A DNA stretch of 64,000 nt, from positions 64,001 through 128,000 of the forward strand of contig JBMNLZ010000001.1 of the NCBI GenBank assembly GCA_050953065.1, written 5' to 3'. Of this stretch, positions 10,232 through 19,300 are shown in pieces. Both the position numbers and the translations under genes were made by a program. This DNA is from Bacilli bacterium (GTDB lineage Bacteria > Bacillota_I > Bacilli_A > ML615J-28 > CAG-698). Within the stretch, counting starts at the first letter, position 1, and each line of letters opens with the position of its first letter. A model generated the notes under the pieces. The model saw only the letters and a program-made list of their open reading frames with translations, was not told where the DNA came from and ran no database searches.

Positions 10232-11396
10232 AAATTTGTTGTTCATAATAAATTTTAAATATTAATCTTTGAGTTCTAGAGAAGATATATGTAGGAGGAG
10301 TTGAAGGCGGTTGATTAGGCGGAACTACTATAACAGGGTTGTCTATATAACTATCTACACCTTCTTTTACTCCACTTAGTTTTAAATATAAGTCATTAAA
10401 AAACTCGGCTATATCTGCAAACAAACTGTATTTTTTCCAAAAATCATTTGCATTGACACGTTCTAAACGAACTTCTTGTGTAATGTATGCAGACATTTCA
10501 GTATAGTCATCTTTTGAAAAATGGTAAATAGCAGATAAAAGTTGTGGATAAATATTATGATAGGCACTATATCTTAAGTAGTCATCTTTACTAGTAAGAG
10601 TAATATATGTTGCGATTAGGTTTGCTTCAGTCTCTCTCATGACACCTTTAGTGTGTGCGAGTTCATGTGAAATTGTAAAAGGTAGTGAATATGCAGGAAT
10701 TTTTGTGTTGAAGTTAGCTTCACCAGTTGGAGCAAAAGCTACACCTTCAATGTGCATTTGACTCATTAACCAGCTGGTAATTATTGGTTTTGGTTTAGGA
10801 GTATACGAGTGAAAGTAAGAATTATCTAGTTTTGAAAATTCATCTTGAATAATCTCTGCGAGCTCGCTATATGAATAAGGGCATATTATATTTGAATTTT
10901 CGTCTCTTTTTAATAGTTCTGAATTAGTAGTTATATTATAAAAGTCTTGTAGAAAGTATCTAGATATTTCCACCAATTCTTCAGCTTCAAGATCTCCTAG
11001 ATAAACATCTAATTCTAAATCATCTCTATTATAGGCAAAGGAAGCAGTAGTAGTATAAATGACAGTTATTGAAAGTACGTAAATAACTAAAATTAGTAGT
11101 TGGTTTAGAGACCTCAATTTATTAGTGCCTTTTAAACATACAAAAATTTTTATGATTGAAAAAAGCACAAAAACAATTGAAACTGCAATTATTAGTTCAA
11201 AAATACTAAAATCAAAAAAACTAGAAATCCTACCAAAAATATTAATCCAATTTCTACTTATATTTTGTGAAATAAATTCAGAAATTTTTGAGCTTGTTTT
11301 TAAAAGCAATAAAATAACCAATATAACAAGTAAAACTATAGAAGATATAATTTTAGGTTTTAATTTCAAAGGTTTTTTAATATTTAAATCAAACAT
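10230..11396 (-). CDS. Membrane-anchored zincin-like protein (DUF3810-like)
   Basis: Three N-terminal TM segments; HELAH...ETEAN zinc motif; SD AAGGAG. Confidence 0.75.
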   Translation of the reverse strand: MFDLNIKKPLKLKPKIISSIVLLVILVILLLLKTSSKISEFISQNISRNWINIFGRISSFFDFSIFELIIAVSIVFVLFSIIKIFVCLKGTNKLRSLNQLLILVIYVLSITVIYTTTASFAYNRDDLELDVYLGDLEAEELVEISRYFLQDFYNITTNSELLKRDENSNIICPYSYSELAEIIQDEFSKLDNSYFHSYTPKPKPIITSWLMSQMHIEGVAFAPTGEANFNTKIPAYSLPFTISHELAHTKGVMRETEANLIATYITLTSKDDYLRYSAYHNIYPQLLSAIYHFSKDDYTEMSAYITQEVRLERVNANDFWKKYSLFADIAEFFNDLYLKLSGVKEGVDSYIDNPVIVVPPNQPPSTPPTYIFSRTQRLIFKIYYEQQI

Positions 11397-11523
11397 ATTA
11401 TCTCCTTTTAAGTTTCTTCTTAATGATATTATATCATAACCAAATTAAAATGTAAAAAAACATTGATAAAATTTTAATTTTATTATAGAATATATACTGG
11501 CATGTTATGAAACGGAGGTATAT

Positions 11524-12768
11524 ATGAAAAATTTAAAAGGTGCATGTTTATTTGGACAATCAGGAGGACCGACATCAGTTATTAATGCTAGTGCTGCTGG
11601 AGTGTTTATCGAGGCTTTAAAGCAAGATTTAATAACTGAGGTTTATGGAGCAGAACATGGTATAAAAGGTGTTTTAGATGAAAGATTTTTTGATATTAGT
11701 AAAGAAGATGCTGAGGAATTAGTATTATTAAAAAATACACCATCATCAGAATTAGGTTCTGTTCGTTATAAATTAGCAAAAGCTGAAGTTGATGATACAG
11801 ATTATAAAAGAATATTAGAAGTTTTTCAAAAATATAATATAAGATATTTCTTCTATAATGGAGGAAATGATTCGATGGATACTTGCAATAAAATTAGCAA
11901 GTACTTAAAAGCAGCAAAATATGATTGTAATGTTATAGGCGTTCCTAAAACTATTGATAATGATTTATTTGGAACAGATCATTGCCCTGGATTTGGTAGT
12001 GCAGCAAAATATGTAGCAACTACTATGATGGAATTATATTTAGATACTCATGTTTACAATACTGGTTTAATTACAGTAGTAGAAATCATGGGAAGAAATG
12101 CAGGTTGGTTAACTGCTGCATCTCATTTAGCAAGTTTAGATGGTAAAGGACCTGATTTAATCTATCTACCTGAGATACCTTTTGATTTAGATAAAGTTAT
12201 TGAAGATGTAAAAGAAGTTGCTGCTAGAAAACAAAATAAGGTAATTGTTGCAATTTCTGAAGGAATCAAAGATAAAAATGGTAAATATATTTTTGAATAT
12301 GGTGCAGAAATTTCAAAAGATTCATTTGGACATGCTCAATTAGGAGGAGCAGCGTCTGTTTTAGCTGGAATCATTAAAGATAAATTAAATGTTAAAGTAA
12401 GACCGATTGAATTTAGTTTGCTTCAAAGATGCGCTGCTCATTTAGCATCAAAAACTGATGTAGAAGAAGCGTTTATGGCTGGTAGAATGGCTGTTAAATA
12501 TGCAGTAGCTGGTGAAACTGATAAAATGGTTGTTTTCAAAAGAGCAGAAGGTCCAGTTTATAAAATTTCTTATGAATTATTAGATGTTTCTTTAGCTGCT
12601 AATACTGAAAAGAAAGTCCCAAGAGAATGGATAAATAAGGCTGGAAATGGTATTGAACAACCATTTGTTGATTATGCATTACCACTTATTCAAGGCGAAT
12701 CTAAAGCACCTCTAGTTAATGGCTTGCCAAGATTTGCTAAACTTGAAAAAATATTAGTTAAAAAATAA
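11524..12768 (+). CDS. pfp: 6-phosphofructokinase, likely pyrophosphate-dependent
   Basis: GQSGGP, GGNDS, PKTIDND, EIMGRNAGW; the Asp and Lys signature residues of PPi-type PFK are present. Confidence 0.85.
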   Translation: MKNLKGACLFGQSGGPTSVINASAAGVFIEALKQDLITEVYGAEHGIKGVLDERFFDISKEDAEELVLLKNTPSSELGSVRYKLAKAEVDDTDYKRILEVFQKYNIRYFFYNGGNDSMDTCNKISKYLKAAKYDCNVIGVPKTIDNDLFGTDHCPGFGSAAKYVATTMMELYLDTHVYNTGLITVVEIMGRNAGWLTAASHLASLDGKGPDLIYLPEIPFDLDKVIEDVKEVAARKQNKVIVAISEGIKDKNGKYIFEYGAEISKDSFGHAQLGGAASVLAGIIKDKLNVKVRPIEFSLLQRCAAHLASKTDVEEAFMAGRMAVKYAVAGETDKMVVFKRAEGPVYKISYELLDVSLAANTEKKVPREWINKAGNGIEQPFVDYALPLIQGESKAPLVNGLPRFAKLEKILVKK

Positions 12769-12774
12769 ATTTTA

Positions 12775-12812
12775 AAAACTAATCCAAAAATATTTGGGTT
12801 AGTTTTATTTTT
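12775..12812 (+). terminator. Intrinsic terminator
   Basis: AAAACTAATCCAAA / TTTGGGTTAGTTTT hairpin followed by a T tract. Confidence 0.75.
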
Positions 12813-12873
12813 TGAGATATTGCAATAAATATGTAATTGTGATAAAATTATATTAGTTTTAAAGGAGAAAAAT

Positions 12874-14763
12874 ATGAAAAAAATATTAAAAAGTTTACTT
12901 ATTTTTGTTTTAGTATTTACAATTATTTCATTAAGCAGTATTGAAGCCGCTGAGATTACTGGTGTTTACAATGTTACTAGCACTGAAGAAGACACAGAAT
13001 TATGGTATAATGTAAGACACACTAGACAATTAGCAGAAGCTAGCAGTCAAATTGTAAGTGGAAATGCTGCTGGATCTGGTGGCGGTGGAGCGGCTGTACG
13101 TGGTCAACTTTATCCACAACAAGTAAATATTTTGGAAGTTCCTTCAAGCGAAACTGTAAAAATTGTTCCTTGGACAAAATTTGTTACTAACTCTGCTTGG
13201 AAATTGAATACTGTTAAATCAATGGCAACAGATTTTGAAAATAAAAATCCTGGTTGGAAAGTAATTGGTGCAGTAAATGGTGATTTCTTTGATATAAAAG
13301 CAAACAATCCGTTACCATATCAACCTAATAATACTCATGCATCAATGGGTGAGTTTTATAAAACTACTACAGGTAGATCAGTTGGTTTTAGAAATGATGG
13401 TTCAATTGAGTCTATTGTCGGTGGTGTAGCAGCAACTAGATCAGGTTTTAAATTAAATATATATGATTCAGAAAATGCAATTATTAAAGAATTTGATGTT
13501 AACAAAGTAAATCAAGCTCCTGGAGAAGGAGAAGTTAGTTTATATTATTCATATTATACAACTGTAGATGATCCTGATCCACATAAACCTATTCCAATTG
13601 ATGTTACTCCAGATGGGCTTAACGCTTATGTAGTAGAGGAAGCTGAAAGATCTCTTGCTAACTCAACTGATAATTTTTATGGAAAAGGCGTTATTTCATC
13701 AGTAACTACTTCAACTTTTAATTTAACAGCAGGTCAGTTTGCTCTAGTTAGTAATAATAGTGAAGTAAATGCTAATTTACAAAAAGATGTAACTATAAGA
13801 GTTCAAAGAATTATGACTGGAGCTTATGAAGGAATTAATGACTTTATGGGCTGTGGAATTACATTATTAAAAGATTCAGAACCTATTGATGAAGATGTAA
13901 ATCGTCATCCAAGAACTGTTGTTGGAAGAAAAGCTGATGGGACTATAGTTTTAGCAGTAATAGATGGGCGCCAACCATTATCAAATATGTATGGAGTTAC
14001 AAGTGATGAGATGCAAGCACTAATGGCACACTATGATTGTGTTGATGCTTATAATTTAGATGGTGGAGGCTCTTCAACTTTAGTAATTTTAGAAAACGGT
14101 GAGTTTGTTGTTAAAAATTCTCCATCTGATGGTAGTGAAAGAGCTGATGCAAACTGTTTATTAGTAGTAGTAAAAGAGCCTGTTATTAATCATCAAGTAA
14201 CTTCAAGAACAACTTCAAAAGTAAGTTTGTCAATAGATATAGTAGAAACTAATGGTCATCCAATTGAAAAATTATTTGTTAAAATGAATAACGAAATTAA
14301 AGAAGTCCCAAGCGAAGGTGAAATTGTATTTGAAGGCTTAGAATCAAACACTGATTATGTATATGAATTTATGTATGAGGATGAAACGGAAGATTCTGTT
14401 AGTTTGATTAGTTGTGGACGAATTACTACTGCAAAAAAAATGCCTCGATTTGCTAATATTACCTTTGATCAAGTAGGTAGTAATTTAAAAATTACTCCGA
14501 ATTTTAATGATCCTGATTTTGCTGTTATTGGAATGTATATTAGCATAAACGGAACAAAATATTTTACTACTGATGGTATAGCAAACGTTAAAAATAAAAC
14601 TTATAGCGAAGAAGATGTAATATTCTTATATTATGAAGTTATCTTAAATGATGGATCTCCAAAAAAGGTGAAAACGTACTATTCTCCACAGTTTTCAAGT
14701 TGCGTAGTTTTAGGGGATATGCGTATGGCTAGAAATGAGCTTTCTGCTAGTATATTCAAATAA
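12874..14763 (+). CDS. Secreted phosphodiester glycosidase (NAGPA/DUF2233) family protein with C-terminal FN3/Ig-like region
   Basis: Signal peptide (MKK...IEAA); NGDFF, HPRT, DGRQ, NLDGGGSS, NSPSDG motifs. Confidence 0.8.
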   Translation: MKKILKSLLIFVLVFTIISLSSIEAAEITGVYNVTSTEEDTELWYNVRHTRQLAEASSQIVSGNAAGSGGGGAAVRGQLYPQQVNILEVPSSETVKIVPWTKFVTNSAWKLNTVKSMATDFENKNPGWKVIGAVNGDFFDIKANNPLPYQPNNTHASMGEFYKTTTGRSVGFRNDGSIESIVGGVAATRSGFKLNIYDSENAIIKEFDVNKVNQAPGEGEVSLYYSYYTTVDDPDPHKPIPIDVTPDGLNAYVVEEAERSLANSTDNFYGKGVISSVTTSTFNLTAGQFALVSNNSEVNANLQKDVTIRVQRIMTGAYEGINDFMGCGITLLKDSEPIDEDVNRHPRTVVGRKADGTIVLAVIDGRQPLSNMYGVTSDEMQALMAHYDCVDAYNLDGGGSSTLVILENGEFVVKNSPSDGSERADANCLLVVVKEPVINHQVTSRTTSKVSLSIDIVETNGHPIEKLFVKMNNEIKEVPSEGEIVFEGLESNTDYVYEFMYEDETEDSVSLISCGRITTAKKMPRFANITFDQVGSNLKITPNFNDPDFAVIGMYISINGTKYFTTDGIANVKNKTYSEEDVIFLYYEVILNDGSPKKVKTYYSPQFSSCVVLGDMRMARNELSASIFK

Positions 14764-14792
14764 TGAAATTTTTTAAAAATAATTTAATTAAT

Positions 14793-14827
14793 AAAAGAAC
14801 TAAACTTAAAAAGTTTAGTTCTTTTTT
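14793..14827 (+). terminator. Intrinsic terminator
   Basis: AAAAGAACTAAACTT / AAGTTTAGTTCTTTT. Confidence 0.85.
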
Positions 14828-14883
14828 AATTTATTGATAAAATGTAAGTTTTATAGTATAATAATTTAGGTTTAGAGGTAATT

Positions 14884-16242
14884 ATGAATAATTTAAAAGT
14901 AGATGAAATAATTTTTATAACAATTAAAAGAATAGGAATTAATGGCGAAGGAATAGGCTATTATAAAAGATTAGCAATTTTTGTTGATAATGCTTTGGTT
15001 GGAGAAGAAGTAGAAGTAAAAATTACTAATTCTTATGAAAAATATGCGATTGCAGAAATTGTCAAAATTAAGAAAATATCACCATCAAGAGTAAAACCTG
15101 CATGTCCTTATTATGATAAATGTGGTGGTTGTCAAATGCAACATTTAGAATATGAAGAACAATTAAAAGAAAAGAAGAATATTTTGATATATTCTTTTGA
15201 GAGATATTTAAATGGTTTTAATAAAATAAAAATTAATGAAACTATTGGGATGGATGAACCTTATTTTTATAGAAATAAAACACAATTACCAATTAGACAT
15301 GATGGTGATAAGGTTGTAGCTGGATTATATGCAAAAAATACTAATAAACTTGTTTATATTGATGAGTGTTTAGTTGAAAGTAAATTAGTTCAAAAGACAT
15401 TTAAGGCGGTTTTAGATGCACTTACTAAAACTAATGTAGACATTTATAATCCTAAATTCAAACAAGGGTTAGTGAGATATGTGGTAGTTAGAGGGTTTGA
15501 AGAAACAAAAGAAGTTCAAGTAACTTTGGTAATTATGGAGTTAGATTCAAAAATTTTAAAGGCAATGAAATTAATTTCAAAAATTGAAAATGTAAAATCT
15601 GTAAATTATTGTATTAATACCGATTTAAAAGGAATTGAAATTCTAAATAATCAAATAGTAAATGTAGAAGGCAAAACTACTATTGCGGGTAAATTGCAAG
15701 ATTTATCTTTTGATATTTCTCCAAATAGTTTTTTCCAATTAAATACTAAACAAACTTTAGTTTTATATGAAGAAATTAAAAAAGCGATTAGCCCAAAAGG
15801 TGATGAGAAAATATTAGATTGTTATTGTGGTATAGGAAGTATTGGACTTTTCTTAGCTTCTTCAGTAAAAGAAGTAAGAGGGATTGATAATAATAAAGAA
15901 AATATTGAAAATGCAAAGAATTTCGCAAAAAAGAATTCTATAAATAATGCCTTATTTTATTTTGGAAATATTTTGCCTCACTTGAATGCTTTTAATAAAA
16001 GTGACTATCATCCAGATGTTGTAATAGTAGATCCGCCTCGAAAAGGATTAGAACTTAATTTTATTAATTATTTACAAAAAAATAAAATTAAAAAAATTGT
16101 TTATGTTTCTTGTAATCCTTCAACTCTTGCTAAAAACTTAAATCATTTACAAAAAGATTATATCGTAAGATATATTCAACCTGTGGATATGTTCCCTCAA
16201 ACTTCAAACGTTGAATGTGTAGTACTTTTAGAGAGAAGATAG
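14884..16242 (+). CDS. rlmD: 23S rRNA (uracil-5)-methyltransferase RlmD
   Basis: TRAM domain, CPYYDKCGGC Fe-S motif, SFFQLN, DPPRKG, YVSCNP, DMFPQT. Confidence 0.95.
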   Translation: MNNLKVDEIIFITIKRIGINGEGIGYYKRLAIFVDNALVGEEVEVKITNSYEKYAIAEIVKIKKISPSRVKPACPYYDKCGGCQMQHLEYEEQLKEKKNILIYSFERYLNGFNKIKINETIGMDEPYFYRNKTQLPIRHDGDKVVAGLYAKNTNKLVYIDECLVESKLVQKTFKAVLDALTKTNVDIYNPKFKQGLVRYVVVRGFEETKEVQVTLVIMELDSKILKAMKLISKIENVKSVNYCINTDLKGIEILNNQIVNVEGKTTIAGKLQDLSFDISPNSFFQLNTKQTLVLYEEIKKAISPKGDEKILDCYCGIGSIGLFLASSVKEVRGIDNNKENIENAKNFAKKNSINNALFYFGNILPHLNAFNKSDYHPDVVIVDPPRKGLELNFINYLQKNKIKKIVYVSCNPSTLAKNLNHLQKDYIVRYIQPVDMFPQTSNVECVVLLERR

Positions 16243-16264
16243 GAAGTTGTTTGTAATAATTATT

Positions 16265-16291
16265 AACACTCACTTACAAGTGAGTGTTTTT
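16265..16291 (+). terminator. Intrinsic terminator
   Basis: AACACTCACTT / AAGTGAGTGTT followed by a T tract. Confidence 0.85.
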
Positions 16292-16385
16292 ATTTTAAAT
16301 ATTGAAAAAAATAGATTTATTTAGTATAATATATTGGAAGGTTGTTAAGGAAAGGAGAAGCACGATTTAAAAAATTGTGCATGTA

Positions 16386-19300
16386 ATGAAAATGACTTTA
16401 AGACGTAAGTTTAGAATTATGTTAGGTGTTATGCAAAGTATTATTTTTATCTGGTTAATAGCTTTTGCTTTGCCTATTGTAGTTGATGTAAATGCAGCAA
16501 GTGCGGTCGGCTTGGGGGATATTGGTTTTACTGAAACTAGAAGCATTGAACCTAATGTTGAAATGAGTTTTTATATGGGAGTTAACAATATTGGTGAACA
16601 AAAAGCCCATACGGTTACTTTTGCTAAAGGAGCTTTAACTCCTGTTGCTTCATATGGAAACTATTTAAGAGGCGGTGAAACGGTACAACAAATAGCAACA
16701 ATTGAAAAAGCTACTAGAGGTGGAACTGTAGTTACGGGTATCAATGGTGACTTCTATGACACTTCAAATCATATACCTAATGGATGTATGATAATTGATG
16801 GTAAATTAGTTGTTTCTAATGTTAGTGGTTGGCCTGCATTTGGTTTTAAACCAGATGGTTCTGTGGTGTTTGGTAACCCACAATTTAATATGTCAATGAA
16901 AGTTGATGGCAATAATATTACTATTAATCATTTAAATAGAGATAGAAAAGTATCAACAAGTGGAATTTACATGTATACTAATGCTTATAGTAGTACAGTT
17001 TCTTCATCTGCTCCAACTCCTGGTACTGAAGTTGTTTTAACAACTGATGCAACGGATTTATTTAAAATTAACCAAACTATTACAGCAACAGTTGAAGCAG
17101 TTTATACAAACACTAATAACACTGCGATTGGTGCTGGAAAGATAGTTATAGGTACTCCTAATGCTAATGCTGCAGCATTGTCTGGTTTAACTGTTGGTAA
17201 AACTATCACTATTACAGTTTCTGAACCGGCTAATATTTTTAGCCAAGTAGATCAAGCAATGGGATATAATGTTCATATTGTAAAAAATGGAGCATTAACT
17301 GATGTTATATCAAATCAAGATGTTCATCCAAGAACTGCATTAGGTGTTAAGGCTAATGGTGAAGTTGTGCTATTCCAAGTGGATGGCCGTCAACCAAATT
17401 GGAGTCTTGGAGTTACTTATAAACAAATAGGAGAACATTTAATGTCATTGGGATGTGTTGAAGTTATTAATCTAGATGGTGGAGGTTCTTCATCAATTAT
17501 TGCTAAACTTCCAGGTGATACAATTACTACGCATCTAAACTCTCCGTCAGATGGTGTTGAAAGAGCAAATTCTAATGGAATAGTATTTTTCTCTAAATTG
17601 GCAGCAACGGGTACTACTGCATTATTACATGCTTATCCAAAAAAATTGGTTGTTTTAGAAGGTGCTACTAAACAAATTGATTTAAAAGCAACTGATGCAA
17701 ACTATTATCCAAGTACTATGCCATCGAATATTAATTATACTACTTCTAGTGGAATTGGAACTATTTCTAGTTCTGGATTATTTACAGCCTCTACTGGTAG
17801 TTCGACAGGTACAATTAATATTACTAGTGGTTCAATTACTGAAACAGTAGATGTTACTGTTATTGATACTATTGATCAAATGATAGTTGATAAAACACAA
17901 ATTTCAATTGCTCCTGGAGCTACAAGCAAGCCTATTGTATCTGCTTTTAGTCAAGGGATGCAAGTAGATTGTAGCAATTCATCTTTTCAATGGACATTAA
18001 GCAGTCCTGATTTAGGTACAATTACTCCTGATGGTCTATTTACAGGAACAAGTGGTTCTGCAACTGGAACAATAACAGTTAGTTATAAAACTTTTTCTCT
18101 TGAAATTCCAGTTGAAGTTGGTAAGGCTCCTGCAATGATAAATACTTTTGAAGATTTTACTATTTCTACATCAACATTTATTGATAATGGAAGTGGAACT
18201 GCTACATGGATTCAAAGAATAGAGAATCCTCAAAATGGTGGGACTGGTTCATTTAGTGTTAACGAAGATGAAAGATATGTAAAATTTGGATATAAATCTT
18301 TAAGAGCAGATTATGATTTTAGAAATGCTACTGCAACTACGGCTATTACTATAGGTGGTGGTGCTAGTATATCTCAATATGTTAATATTAACAACTATCC
18401 TAAAGTAAGCGGTGGAGCTTCTAATTATCCAACAGCTATAGGTATGTGGGTATATGGAGATAATGGTGGCGCTGATGTTAGAATGCAATTAAGAGATGGA
18501 AATGGTGCAGTTCAATATATCAGTTATAACGTTGTTAATTGGACAGGGTGGAAATATGTTGAAGCTCCGATTCCAACAGGGCTTCCTACACCTTTATATA
18601 TTCAATATGCTATAAGAGTAATGTCAGTTTCAGGAAAATGTAAATCTGCAGGTACACTTTTCTTTGACAATATAAGAGTTGTGTATGGCTTTAAAAATGA
18701 TGATATAACTTCTCCAGTGTTTGGAGATCCAGTTCCTGCTGATGGTTCAATTATTGATGATGATCATGAAACAGTTAAAGTAAACGTTTCAGATCCAAAA
18801 ACTGGTATTTATACTGGTATAAGAAAAGAAAGTATTAAAATGTGGCTTAACGGAAATCTAATAGAAAATGTTATATTGCTTGATAAGCCAGATGGTTCTA
18901 TTGATGTAACTTTTACGCCAAATGTATATACAGCTTTTAAGGCTGGTCCGCAATTTGTAAAAGTTAGGGTTGAAGATAATTACGGAAATATTTCGTTTAA
19001 ATCTTGGAACTTTACGATGGAAGGTGATTATGCGGGAGTTACTGCAGTTGCACCTACTAAGCCTGTAGTTTATGCAGGTGAAACGCTAACTTATCAAATC
19101 GATTATATAACATATGATTCATTTGCTAAATTTGATACAATTTTAACGTATAATGGAGATGCTTTAAAAGTTGATTCCATTGTTTTGGCTGATTCTAGAT
19201 TAAATGTTGAAAGATCAGATTCTGCTAATACATTAGGATTAGTAATTACTGGAATGGATGCTTTTGCAAATAGTGCGCCGGAATCTAAAACATTAGTTCA

